From Perkinsus chesapeaki ATCC PRA-425 (lineage: Eukaryota; Protista; Perkinsozoa), in contig JAAPAO010000171.1 in the NCBI GenBank assembly GCA_013115145.1, forward strand, positions 1 through 58,012: a stretch of 58,012 bases of DNA, in the 5' to 3' direction. Positions within the stretch are counted from its first letter, which is position 1; each line of letters starts with the position of its first letter. A model generated the notes under the pieces. It searched no databases. It saw only the letters and a program-made list of their open reading frames with translations, and had not been told where the DNA came from. Below, piece by piece: positions 24,370 through 37,278 of this stretch. The position numbers and the translations under genes were made by a program.

Positions 24370-27300
24370 GTGGGTTTGGAACCCACGGTTTCGAGAGGTC
24401 CGGAAAAGACGGAAACATGCAGGGCCACTGGCCATCGGCCAGCGTACGTTGTCATTGGGTTTGTTCCCTCAGCTATCTGCGCTGCTTTTGATTATTGGAA
24501 GGCACTGTTCCCTAATACCAACGTGGAGTTTCCTATTACATGTATATATCAAGCCGGAGCGGTGCTTACTGTGGCAGCACTGTCAATGGGCAGGACTTTT
24601 AAAGTAATATTCATGGCTCTCATCGGGATCCCCACAGTCGACTGTCATTATATCTGTTATCCTAGTTTGGTATAGTCTCGAGACGATTGTACAATTGAGG
24701 ATTAGGAAATACCACAGTTTGAATAATTCACTTATATCATAGTACAGCATGTAAAAGGTTCTATTCTCTATATATTCTGGAAATCTCTGAACTGCGGGTG
24801 AAATTTCAGGGTTCAGTATAGCGGCTAGACTCTATCCGGCGGCTAGTATCCGCTGAACTGCACTATTACTAACCGACGTTTTAGGCCTCTCGAGACCGGC
24901 TATATTTTTGATTGGGACAACTAGTTTTTTGTCCAAATTACAGTTAGATCACAGACTTTGATATCACGCTGGAATTCTGTTAACTATGCCTGAGTTACTG
25001 CGGACGGAATATTGAAATCATCCTTCGTATCTCTGTTCTGCTCAGTTTAAGCAGCGAATATATGGGGCATTCGTTGGGCAGTTTATGGGACTACTGGTGG
25101 TTCTGGTATCAAGATGGATAAGTCTTGGCGAAGCTGCACTTTATACGTCATTGATGATACTAGTGTAATATATGGGAGATGTCTCTCAAGGGTGGTGATG
25201 GAGAGAGAATCTCTACTATGTTGGGAAGAGATTCTGTCTCTTAGTGATAGTAGCACACATGGCTCACGCGAGTCGCGTAACGCAGCATGAATGGCAAATG
25301 AGGATAAGAACGACAGTTTCCTGGTGGTCTTATTCAGAGACTACCTGGAAAATAGCAAAAGATTCTGTCGAACTACTTATCCTGCCAAGTTTCATCAGGA
25401 TTCAGTAGGCTGGATCAGACGCGGTTATCCAACATACGGGCGTAGGGTTGTTCTAGCTTGAGCAATGCCGTTTGCCGAATTCCCCAGAAGTTGGCCGGAC
25501 TTGAAGCATTTTCCAAATTTCCGGAAGTTGAAAGTCCGGGATTCAAACCTCGGGGAAATTCCCCCAAAAGTGGATTCCCCCGGGGAATCCACTTTTGGAC
25601 CAATCCTCTTCTGGACCAAAAACGGCAAGTGGGATGAAAATTTCGAAATACTGATGTTTCCAAACACCTAACGATGAGCACGATTCACGAACGATGTTCA
25701 AACTATCGAACGACTTCAACTATCGGAATATTTCCCTTATTCAAAATGACGATTTTTTGCTCTCATTTGGCGGTCTAATTGAATGTCGATGTTCGACAAT
25801 GTATAGGACGCCTATCTTTCAGCAAAATGCATTGATGGCGGGGCGAGGAAAATACGCGGGAACCGAACTACGAATCCGAGCGCCAGATGTGACTCCGTAT
25901 AGCATCTTCGTCAAATATTGTCAAAGTAGTAGATTCCAGAGTGCGCGGACGAAAGAACAAATAGCCCATGATCACTGCGCGGAGATCGCTCGGCACCCAA
26001 TCACGAAAGACCCCCCGAAGGGAAGCTTTAAAAGGAGGCTAGCGCTATTTTCTTTGGTCCAGAATTGTATTGGTCCACAAGCGGCCCGCTGAAAGCGGGC
26101 AAATCCAAACTTCGAACTTCAACGTGTAGACTTTTCCAGGCCGCGAAAACTGGCCGGAAGGCCAGTTGACCCCGGGGCCATCAACCTCCTTATCATCGCT
26201 TAAAATAATTTTGTCGACACTGGTTCAGTGAACCTCCGTCTGTAAATTACAACGCCCGCGTAAGCTGGGTGGAATTTGGGTTGCCACTGGCCTGCGTACA
26301 TTCAAACATAGAGCTCTCGGCTTCAGTATAGCCTTCCTCTGGAATATCAATCCCAGGCCATAGAGTGAGCGTCTCGATGTGATTGAAGCAAATATCCTAG
26401 AGAGCAGGCGCTCGTTTGGTAGGCAAGAAGTAGGCTAAAACAACGAGCTTCAAAGGTGATGTAATTCGCGGCGTCTCCAAAACGTTGATCATCTTTCTTG
26501 AAACACTCGATAGTCCAATTTCCGGGTTGATTCCAGGCATCGCAGAATGCTGAAGGACTCAACTGAGAAAGCTTATCGTTAGGGCCTCGAAACGGTAGTC
26601 CCGAACGTGACCCATAAGCACTGAACGATGTCAGTCGAACGATATTTTGAACCGCAAGAGAAACATTGTCTAGTATCCTTAGTGAACGTTCACAAAGGGC
26701 CTCCTCAGCGAGCTTGTTCGCCTTGGATAATTACCAAAAAGATGTATAATTACAACGATCCGTTATCGATCACGCTACTAGCGTCGCGTATCTAGCGCAG
26801 CTTATGTAGCAACAATTCCGTGGCGCTATATACTAACGGCTAGTGAAAGACTATTTCAAGATGGACTCTAGTGTAAAAGCTCATGGAATGCTTACCATGG
26901 CATACATTGCTTGGGTGCTAGTAGTACGGAAGTAATCCGGAAATACCTCCGTTCTCTTGTACAACCATATTATTTCCGAAACTGCTCATTACTTGCCGAC
27001 GGCTCGTCGGCGATGGCAAGTTGCCGTCACATGCACTAGCAATAGACAGCTCTGCACCTCAGCCAAGTGTGTAACGATTTGTAATGTAACTAACAGTGTT
27101 CGATTTGCAAGTATTATCTATCCCTCTTGAGAATGATCGATCTGATTTTTGCGAATGCTGGTCAGGCTGAATCACTTGTCATTTCTATTCTGTATGATTT
27201 TTCCTGATACAACAGACATGCAATGTCGAAACAGAAGTTGAGCCACGTGAGCAGAAGAAATGCGTTCATATCCAATACTATTGGATATAATACAGTAGAC

Positions 27301-29711
27301 CTATTGGACCAATAGGTTTGCACACCGGCTATAATATCTATATCCTACATTTATTCTTCCACTCAGCTTCGACAGGCTCTTCCTATCTATCGTAACAGCA
27401 TTCGCCGATTCTAGTCTTCTTGCCCTCAACTCGCAGTATTCCCCTAAAATGCAGGAGGCGATGCAGATCGGTGTGGGTAAGTTGTAAATCGACTCGCGTT
27501 GACTGGTTGCCAAGTCTCGAGTCTGTCTCCTCACTTGTAGCCGTTTTTATACAGCATTAATTATTGCAAGCATTGATACGAAGTAATATAGGCTTCTTCA
27601 GGTCTCTCTACTTTCGTCTCTGTCATGTATCGTGACACTACCAAGTTGATGGCTGCATCAGTGGCGGATGCCACTAGTATTTACTTTGGTGCAGCTTTGG
27701 CTACGGTGAGAAGGCGGAAAATATCGATTAAATATTCCACGCTGAGAGGCCCAGATCAGTTTGGTTTGTCGGTCATATTTCTCTTAATTCTGTCGTTAAA
27801 CTGACAACATTGGACTTGGTATTGCTAGAAGCATCGGCGATCGAGGAGTCACTTTAGCCTTATAAGGAATACCTCCATTCAACTAGTCCATACGCACTTG
27901 TACCAATTGACATCTGACAGGTTGTTCGAGAAAAACAAAAAACAGGTCGCTGTGATAAATTTAGTCGATTAAAGTACATACTGACCTTTGTGGTGGGCAA
28001 ATTGTAGTAATGTGTTGAATGCATGGTTCCTCTGTACTTTGTAATGTGTTCAATACATAGTTCCTCTGTACTTTGTAATGTGTTCAATACATAGTTCCTN
28101 NNNNNNNNNNNNNNNNNNNNNNNNNNNNNNNNNNNNNNNNNNNNNNNNNNNNNNNNNNNNNNNNNNNNNNNNNNNNNNNNNNNNNNNNNNNNNNNNNATA
28201 CATAGTTCCTCTGTACTTTGTAATGTGTTCAATACATAGTTCCTCTGTACTTTGTAATGTGTTCAATACATGGTTCCTCTGTACTTTGTAATGTGTTCAA
28301 TACATAGTTCCTCTGTACTATGTATTTGTTCACCTTTCCTCATCACTGCTGTATACGAAGCTCTCTTCATATTGCATACCCGCATTTGCACAAAGTGTAT
28401 AAGTTGTTCTTATTCAGGTCATCACCGCTATCCCGTGTGTGACCTTTACTAGTCTGGATCACGACCACTGGTTCCAGACTATTCTCTTGACCGTCTACAC
28501 AGCAGCTGATGTTATTGGAAGATTCTCTGTTAGATTCAGAGGTCCTCTTAACTACTCTAATATTTGGATAACTGCTGTCTTCCGTAAGTCTTCAGAATGC
28601 CGCCTCATCTGCGGCGCCTTGAAACTCGTTGCCGATATAAATTACACTTCCGAGCATTATCTCGTCGTACGAAATTTCTCACGATCTTGCGAATTCTCTG
28701 AAACCATTTGTCGACGCCCGTGAGAACGGGGCCTGATGAAGCGTATCGAAACTGCCTTACCACGATCGCTTTTTGCTCTTTGCGTGTTGGCAAGTCGCTC
28801 AACAGTTGAGTCGCACTTCCTTTGTTGGTTCGCAAGTTGCTCTATCACTAATACAAATTGCGGTTCACGAGCGGTGATGCTTTCGCAGTCCAATCCCAGG
28901 GAACTCTATTTTCTCTATTTGAATCTTTTTTCATCCAACCTTTATATAATATTACAACTCCACAATTAATCAAGTCCACAACTCCTTAATGAACCACAAA
29001 CTCCTGCATAATAGCGAGCTGAATGTTCGGCATCCCGAAGCACATTTATACTTAAGCTTGTCAATGGTGGTCAGTTGCCCTATTGGTCCCTATTCTGATA
29101 TTATGTGCATCTGGTATAATATCAAATGATTGGGTGTCGCTATGCTCTGTACTCGTATTTGGTCTGGCTAATGGTTACTCAGTCAGCCTTACCTTGATTA
29201 CCGTTAATGAAATTCCAGGTCTAACGGCCGACGAGCTGGAGGCCACTGGAAGGTTCTCGGCGGTGTCGCTCAATCTCGGTAAGTCCTCGATCACACATCA
29301 ACTCCTTTCGTATCTTTCGCATCATATGAAATCCTTTGCAGTGCAGCCGTACTCAATTTGTATAGTGCAGCAGAAATCAGCCACTATAGAAATGCCTGCG
29401 CACACAATTGGGGAAGACATTACAGTTTCATGCATTTGCACGTAAAACTGTCACACTAAAAGGCCGGGGATACCGAAACCCGGGTATTGGTTTCCCTATA
29501 TAGGCGAAAGGCACTGAGCACGCTTTCAACGGAGTTAGATTGAAAACTATACTCCTGCGACGCAATCATAATACATACAACACGGACATTGGCTCTTCGC
29601 TTTGGATCTATGATATCCCTCTTAACCCTGCCTGTGCTGTTATTGTCAGGTCTCTGCATGGGTGGCTTCCTCGCCATGGGCATCGGTCTGTGTATGGGCA
29701 TCGCAGCGTGA
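24370..29711 (+). CDS. ENT: Equilibrative nucleoside transporter (SLC29), multi-exon; 5' end and one central exon unresolved, possibly disrupted
   Basis: Exons: IGFVPSAICAAFDYWKALFP..NVEF; QRIYGAF.GQF; FADSSLLALNSQYSPKMQEAMQIG.G; VITAIPC...DHWFQTILLTVYTAADVIGRF; VFGLANGYSVSL...E.EATGR.S..SLN.G; GLCMGGFLA...*. These are typical ENT motifs (DY, D.IGR, GL.NGY). Confidence 0.85.
25430..26200. mobile_element. Hairpin-rich intronic insert, possibly a non-autonomous DNA transposon or Helitron relic
   Basis: Perfect 35-bp palindrome at 25564-25598, adjacent GGGGA-AAT-TCCCC, GCCCGCT-GAA-AGCGGGC near 26083 and AACTGGCC-GGAA-GGCCAGTT near 26149. No TIR/TSD pair identified; boundaries uncertain. Confidence 0.35.
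28022..28320. repeat. 34-bp minisatellite spanning a 98-N assembly gap
   Basis: Unit CAT(A/G)GTTCCTCTGTACTTTGTAATGTGTTCAATA at 28022, 28056, 28090 (cut by N at 28100-28197), 28201, 28235, 28269 and 28303 (partial). Confidence 0.95.
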
Positions 29712-29842
29712 TAGGCTACATTAGCGGTTATTTTTTCAATGCAATGGTTTCTAACCTTTGGGGTTCTGCGTTTCATTGACTTTGTTGATCAGTGCGATCA
29801 GTTGATGGTCAGTTTCCTTAGAAAAGTGATCCTTGGGAATTG

Positions 29843-30524
29843 TTAAGGGCGAGCGAGAAGTTTCCTTAGAAAAATGATTTTTCGCATCAGTTGACTGTCG
29901 TTTTTGATGTACTGCGCACCAGCGGACCTGCTTACTGGCGAGGAAGAGGAGGAAGAGGGGGTTGCCGATTCTGAAGTTGATAAGGAAAAAGACGGTATGA
30001 CTTTTGTTGGTCGCAGCTGGTACTTACCACCACTATCAGATACAACGGCGGTCGTTGAAAGAGCCAACAGCGAGAGGTGGGCCGAAAGTGTTGGAATCGA
30101 TCCTGTCGGGCTCGGGTTTTTCCGTCGCCTGTAGAATCGTTGAACCGTAAAGAATTTATCATATATTTCATGCTTGAGCACTTAAAGCTCCTCAGTGAGG
30201 CATATTAGGAATACTTACCAATTATCATCCTCAGTAACAGTGAGGAGATATATCTACTATTGGCCATCCTAGCATACCGATTTCTACATTTTTTATTGAG
30301 GCGTCTCGGGAATATCCCTCAACAGGAATCTCGTAAAGACTTTTTAAAACGTTTACTCGTGTGCAGCTGGATGAATCTTTTGGCGTGTGAATTCTTGTAC
30401 TCTCTCAGTGCTACCAAGTCATCCGGCAGTAGCCCTCGTGGTTCAACAGTCGAACGAGCATCACCTTATCGAAGGCAGAGCTCGGAAGGTGAGCTACGTA
30501 GCGTGGTTGCTGGAACTTATCCAT
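29843..30524 (-). CDS. Small hypothetical multi-exon protein
   Basis: ATG at 30524: MDKFQQPRYVAHLPSSAFDK|gtgatg...ag|GLLPDDLVALREYKNSHAKRFIQLH, plus a Ser-rich downstream ORF. Model incomplete. Confidence 0.35.
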
Positions 30525-30779
30525 CTGGTCTAACGAAGCTCGTCAAGGAAAGGAAAATTCTCTAAGATGAAAAATTTCCCCTGTCAGAATCTTTTCCAAG
30601 AAAAAAATTCTGGGAAATTAAATTAAACATCTCATTTTATAGCACAAAAAATCTTCTGAGGAAGATTTTTTTCGGTTTTTCGATCTCCCAACGCAAATCT
30701 TCGGTGAGAGTTTCACAACAGAGGATGAATATTTAGATGAAAACCGACGAATTGATCGAGAGCTCTTTCACAAACCATT

Positions 30780-33700
30780 AGCTCATCATTTCCAGATATC
30801 TGTCTGCGAGCAAGCAGTGGAAATAGCTCTGGCTCGACGGCATCGAGTTCGGCAACTTGGGGAGAGCAGAGCACCTGGCAACCACCACACTCGAATACCG
30901 TTGTCGATCTGAGACCAACAAGATCGGTTCAGCAACGCACCCATCAGCCGTTTCATGGCAACCAGGGCCCAAGATGGCGACGGAGAGAAGAACCGAGGGC
31001 CGCTAGGAAAGGGGGAGGCAATCGTGGCTGGGCTGGCAATTGGCAGCCTAGCGAGCCGAGCTTTGCGTGGCCTGATGCCAGAGATGGCCAGATTTACGAC
31101 CTACATCATCAGCCGACCTGGCCGGAGGTTTCTGTGAGCTCGGCGCTGCCGGTAGGGGAGAGACAGAGGTAGGAGCGTGAGCGTTGGACGTAGGAAGATC
31201 TTTAATTGCAAACTGTATGAACTGTAGAATAGAGCCAGTCTTAAGCACAAAAGTTATAAATCGTAGCGATACTAATATAAGATAATCTAATTATTATATG
31301 GAATAATCAAGTGCTGGTGAAAATTGTATCCGCTATGTGGGCGTTAATAGTACTTAAGATGAAAAGAACGGTGATGCAGTTCGATGCGTAACGAGCGGGT
31401 ATATTTGCCGGATATATATTGTATAAATTCACTGTGGCTTAAATCTTCGTTATCTGGAAATATTCCATCTCGAAGGCCCCTGTCACCATTTCTCGAAGCA
31501 TCGGACACAAACTCTTGGAGACCAAGATCTCAAACAATCCTGAAATGCCGAGCATTGCGGAGTTACTAGTGACTTCATTACAGTTATTTACCGAATCACT
31601 GTGTATATATATTATGCACATGATTAGCCATATCTTTGCTTTGTATTAGCCTAACCGCTGAAAGCTCCATAATATCTGCGTGGCTCAGGCGATCGCACTC
31701 GCTTGCTGCGCGGGGGTCTCCGCGGGTTAACTATGTATTGGCGACGGTCCCATTTGAGCACATGCTTTATGATGATGGTGCTGAGAGCTTCCTAGCTCCG
31801 GTACAGCCGGCCAGGATTGATTTTTTGGAGACTCCAATGGATGAAAATGAAACAGGTTTAAGTGAGTTGGCCGTTTCACTTGGAGACTTTGCCGACTTTG
31901 CCTGTCCAGTCGAGGTCTCGCCGGCCCGCCTATACTGTGTGTTCTGTGACAAGAATAAAGGGTGCTCCCCAGCGAAGTTGATGGAGACATCCTTGGTGCA
32001 TTTGAGGAGCAAACAGCATAAAGCGCGGCGAGCATATTATAGGGAGCAGTTGGACTTGTGCGGGGAGTTCAACAAGTGTGTGCGCTGAGTAGTTGTTATT
32101 GACGATTCATTTCCAGGCGCTTGGAGCTTATCAAGAGCCACCAGATATTCCTCAAGTTGATTCCGTTTAATGGCGACCTCGTTCCACAGAAGTGAGTGTA
32201 TCGGCAGCGCGAGGCCACTTGGGTGGACTTTCACCACCGCAACTGTGGAGGCCCTAATCTCAACTGCGTCGAGCATGATTGTGTTATAACTTATAACGTA
32301 TAAGTATGCCACAACATCTTGGTTCACTACTTGCATTCCTTTCTCGAACATCAGAGATGCATTTTGTGTGCCACCGGGATACGGTCTCTGTTAGATCAAC
32401 TATTCTGTAGCATAGACAGATGATGGCAAGGAACTGCATAGAAGGGCTCTCCTATTAACCATATCCTCTCCCCATTGTCCACTAGTTTCCCGTCCACGCT
32501 CACAACATGCACTTACGTATTTTTAGTCCAGATCCGTCGTCATTGATATCTCAGGTATTGGTGCCACCTTTGCGACAGAGGCCTTAAAGGCTTCCTCGAT
32601 ATCCGAAACCACTTGAAGGACCAGTTCCACACTCAACGAGTGGCAATGCACGTGTTCTGCGAGAAACAAGGCATGAGGCTGCCACCGCGGCGCCTCGGTG
32701 GGGAAGTGGCAAACTGCTCACAGTAAATCCTTCCTCGGCAAAGTCTGCAGTCGTTGTTCAGCTTTGTGGATGTCCCGAGTGTCGACCACATGACTAAGGC
32801 CGAATTAGATCGGAACGGCATAGTCATAACAGACGGCATCAACTTCCCACACGAGCCCTCTGGTTGGCTTTTCTGTAATATTTATTTTCATTTTTCTTCC
32901 ATTGTTTTTATAGGTACTTTTTGTCGTAAGAAATTCTCCGACCCGCAGCGGATGCAAGAGCACTGCAGCAGCTGGCGGCATCGCAGTTCAGTTCACGCGG
33001 CAGCTCCGTCGAGTGTAGATGTGCTTAAAAGCAGCGAATCTATTTGATGTTTGTTCCTGTGAATACATGTTATGCAGTTTCCATTATGCCTCACCAGTTT
33101 GGGTTAAGTTGGACCAATTCGGATGAACCCCCCACCAGTGTGAGAGGCGTTTATCCAGCTTGGTCAGTAGGGTAAGGCTTGCCCAGAAAGCACTAAGCAC
33201 TCCTACCGACAGCATGGTGAGTGCACTAGGCAAACTGACACCGGTGTTAGCTTCCGTGTCACTATGTATGATACTAATGGGATCCACTTCAAGGTGGTAT
33301 ACTGCTGAGCCGCCACGCTACTTAATAGTCTGGTCACCTCCTCGGCTATCTCAATACTCTATTACTCTCCTCCAGCCCTCCCTTGGCGTTATCATGCCTG
33401 ATTCTTCGAAAGCTCTCGATGACTTCTGGGACGCTGCCATTCGTTTAGCGGCCTCCTCTGACATTGTCGATTATCCCCTTGCATTCCTTATTGATATCTA
33501 CCGAACCTGCGCTGACCGTCTTCCAGACGGACGTTGGTGTCGCCGACAAGACCGAGTCTTTGAATTCGTAAGTCGCCTTCTGTTATACTGAGAGCTATCA
33601 TCTGTTTGAGGGCTTACCAGTTTCAAGGGCGTTCCTGTAGGGCCACTGTGACAGGTGATAATACTGTCCGTTAATATCAATAATTAGTCTTCTGGGCTTT

Positions 33701-34035
33701 CCCTCAGATCTCCGCGTGTTATATGTGCGATATGTCATATTACTCGGGGTGATCTATACGAGTATTAGTATATACAGTCGGTGCAGAATAGTTATGTAAA
33801 TCACCAAACCAGAAATGTGGTGTACTTGCACAGCTTGCACACTTTTCTAAGCTCGTATTTCAGCAGTGCCGAGATCGCCGAAAATATCTACTCGTTTTAC
33901 CATTGTAGCAGGAAATATTTTAGGGCCTGTCATCTTGCTTAACACATGGAAGCGTGTGGTGCGCAGCCTTCATCAACTGTGAGAGGAGGCGAGCAGAGGC
34001 TTGGACCCATTAGACGTTCTGCCTTATGGGCCTAG
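30780..34035 (+). CDS. Protein with several U1/matrin-type C2H2 zinc fingers, multi-exon
   Basis: YCVFCDKNKGCSPAKLMETSLVHLRSKQH (31636-32088 ORF); after removing a GT-AG intron, WLFCTFCRKKFSDPQRMQEHCSSWRH; further CYMC motif near 33717. Start codon not found. Confidence 0.6.
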
Positions 34036-34239
34036 CCTTTGGGGGTTTTTAGTGGGTATGGCTTAGCGAGTCATACAGTAACCTTGTGAGGGCTGCAGCC
34101 ACACCTCCGAGTTTCTTCTTGAATGGATCTCCCCCACAGGCTGGTAGCATGCCAAAAAAACCCTTGCACAGTATAGGTTAAACTGTATTAGTAATTACTA
34201 ATAGATTGTACGGTATTATTTTTTTATTACACTGTGCCC

Positions 34240-35450
34240 CGCCGACGCCTTCGTGCTGATCAGATCTCCAAAGGCTTAGAGATCTCTAGTGACCGATATG
34301 ACCCCGGGGAAGATCCGCGGTCAAAAGAGGGACTAATCGACGCCTGTGTGACGGAGCTATGGATTGCCAATAACAAGATAAGGTAAACCTCAAATTCATA
34401 TGAAATGTTGAGCCTCGAATGCAGGGAGGAAGAAAGGGCGAATAGGAGAGCAGCAAGACGGGCGTCGCCGAGCACGGCGAATTCGACAGAGGCAAGCCGG
34501 GAGGGGCTGGCGGAGCGAAGGTAAACAAAAGTCAGGATTTTTTTGTTTTATTTGTATTGCAGGCATCCTTTGGTACACGGTCCTAGTAGCGGTCGAAAGG
34601 TCAACTTTAGCAGCGATGATGAAGGGGACAGCGCTACACGATCATCCAAGATGCCGAGACGGACTGTGAGGAGTCAGCGACCTGCTGCAGGTGGGCGGAT
34701 TTGAGGAGGCGTGATATACTTCTAAAATATCATCAATAACTTGCCTTGTTAGTATGAGTGCTATAAGAAAGCTTTACACAGTACGGCGGTCATGACGGGG
34801 ACTAATAAATAGGTGTTTGTGATGTATCCAAGCTCGACTGTATGAACCTTGGTTTTCAAACACATATCCTATCAAATTCATTCTGGCTTGGGGCCTCCCC
34901 GTCTCCTTAGTTTCATAGCTCTCCACGCCTGAGAGTAGCCTTCAGAGCTGTTGTTCATCTGCAGTTCGCGGCGCTTTTTACAACGTCAATGTTTTCATCC
35001 TGCTCATTCGTATGCTTGATTGCATCTCAGGAGGGACAGAGAGCAGCCAAGGAAGCGCGGGCGCCAATAGTGTGAGGCTTGAAGGCTTCTTCGACGGAGC
35101 TGTATTATAGCATATAGGCCTCGCCAGAGGGCTCATCGGAGATTCATCGAGCGGAGCCCCCAACACGTGCAATACCAATGCCGGATCGCCCTCGACCACC
35201 GGAGCCATCAAGGCCGAGGGGCCCTGAGCCAGCCGACTCCTCTGGGAGCCAGCGGTTGGGAGAGGGCGCTCTTCCTCCGTTCCGTATGAGGGGCTCAGTG
35301 TATCGGAAATGGGAGGTAGGAAGATTCTTGGTAACATTATTGATGAGCTTTGATTAGCAGGATTGGGAGGTAGATTATTTGGACAGAGGGATTCGGAAGT
35401 ACCACGACAAGAAACTGCGATGGAGGCTAATGCTGGAAGATCCTGAGCTG
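34240..35450 (+). CDS. Low-complexity hypothetical protein, multi-exon
   Basis: Phase-compatible exons ...GLIDACVTELWIANNKIR|, LECREEERANRRAARR...|, RHPLVHGPSSGRKVNFSSDDEGD...|, ASPEGSSEIHRAEPP...RKWE|. Confidence 0.35.
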
Positions 35451-35689
35451 AAGTACGCTGTCATCAGTTCGGTATCTTCAGAATCGGCGACGCTGCAGGT
35501 TTGCGCCGGATAGAAAGGAAGAGCATTTGCGGGAGAAATTCAAACGTTTGCAGAAGCAAGGCTATTACGGTTAACAATGTTGAGTGTTGCACGAAATTGT
35601 ATTTTCATGTTGTATGGTTGTCGATTTCACAGTTGGTACGCGGAAGAATACAAGCCGTAGTCAAGGCTGACACACGAGTGTTGAATGAT

Positions 35690-36890
35690 TAGATCATTGA
35701 CGTACAGATATAATAAGAATACTGATGCTCTACCTCCTACGAGGATGAAGGAATGAAGTCACAGACTGTGACTCACAGTACTCCTCCACGTGGGGGTGTA
35801 TGATGATTTATGCCTACGGTATTCTCGGGCGCTTGTTTGGAATTGTACTGACGGCAAAAAGTGCTGTCATAATTCACCTTATATTAGTCGATACGTGCAT
35901 TTGGTTGCCGTTTGTCTGTATCGGGATGGTCACAGGGAAGGTCTTTTTGGTATCAGCGGGGACCTGCGATAAATAATGCCTTTGGGAGTTTAGCACCCAC
36001 CTTTATTGGGCGGATAATCACTATGTGCCACTGTGGGAGAACTGACGGCGAAAATGTGGTTCCTTTACAAGCAGAAGACTTTCGCAACGTTGGCCCATTA
36101 GGCTTCCTGCTTCATTATATACTGATTGCGCTACATCACTTGTTAAGCCCCATTACCTCTATGGGAGGCAACCCCTATGAAAGCGCCGCCTCCGAGCATC
36201 GACCCGAGCACCTGGCAGCAGCGACGGAAATATCGAATGAGAGTAAGGACACAGCGAGGTCGATGTAAGTCTATTAGCGGTCCAAGGACTCACTTGGTGG
36301 TCCTTTAGCTCGGACGGAAGCTTTATATATGAGGACGCAATAGAACCAGAGAGCTACGGTCCAGAGGAAGGGGAACCTGCGCTACAGGCTATTATACCTC
36401 CACTTCCAACTCCCCCTGCTGCTTCTTCTCCTTCTCTACGTAGGTTCGGTAATTCGTTTTGAGTTAGGTCAGCATCGGGCACCTGGGCGTGAAGAAATGC
36501 ACGCTTCTCCTGTAGCTTATCTTATGCAGGAATCATCCGCGAAACTCTCTTCGTGGCCGCTGGTACATGATCAGTGGCTGTGATAGCCAATATATTGACT
36601 CTTCGTCGGAATGACTTCTTGATTGAGCTCGAGTCGGGCAGTCACCGCGAAACACGCCGGACGGATGCCCGATCATACCTACCGATATAGCGAGGCCGCA
36701 CGTTTATAACAAGTGGGACGAAGGGAACTCCGTAGCTCATGACGAGGGACTTTTGGTTGGAAGGAAAAGCAGACATCTCACTGTGAAAGGTTGAGGAAAT
36801 ATGGCGGCAAAAGGAACAGATGGAAGCTGGTGCTTGGTGACTTGGAGCTACAGTTGGTCGAATTGGAGGCGCACGGGAGAGCATCTGCGT
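35690..36890 (-). CDS. Probable multi-exon hypothetical gene
   Basis: Exon-like segments with minus-strand splice signals (MLSRAPPIRPTVAPSH..., EKKKQQGELEVE, VLGSMLGGGAFIGVASHR, VPADTKKTFPVTIPIQ). No coherent full model. Confidence 0.25.
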
Positions 36891-37278
36891 GATACGTGTC
36901 GGCGGCAGTGCAAATACCAAAGTGTGGTTCGAGCTTTAATAGCACCTATTACTATTCTATTTACTTATTTTATGAGACCAGTATTGTTCAGCAAGTCCTA
37001 TCTACTGTTGTGTTATTGAAGGTCGTATTGAACCAATATACAGCCATTATAGATTCATCTGTAATATCACAGAAAACGCCGCGCTCGCTCTCTAGTACTA
37101 ATTCTCTCTTTTCCATCTATCGCTTCCATAAGGCTGTGCACTGTAATTGGTTGACATACTTTATATCACTATTTATAAATGACCTCTCTAAGCTGCCCGT
37201 GGGTTAGGGTGCTCTATAGGTTAATGAGTCCGGCTACGGTGACGGCTACGTTTTTCAGCTAGCAGGTTGAGTTTTGAT

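Noticed and set aside
26347-26735. Minus-strand open frame with FEARCFSLL, faintly like the hAT transposase ERxFS motif
   Set aside because: Only one weak motif, with no TIRs or other hAT blocks; not supportable without a profile search.
2001-28320. Tandem repeats as CRISPR arrays
   Set aside because: Units are contiguous with no unique spacers, there are no cas genes, and the context is eukaryotic and intronic.
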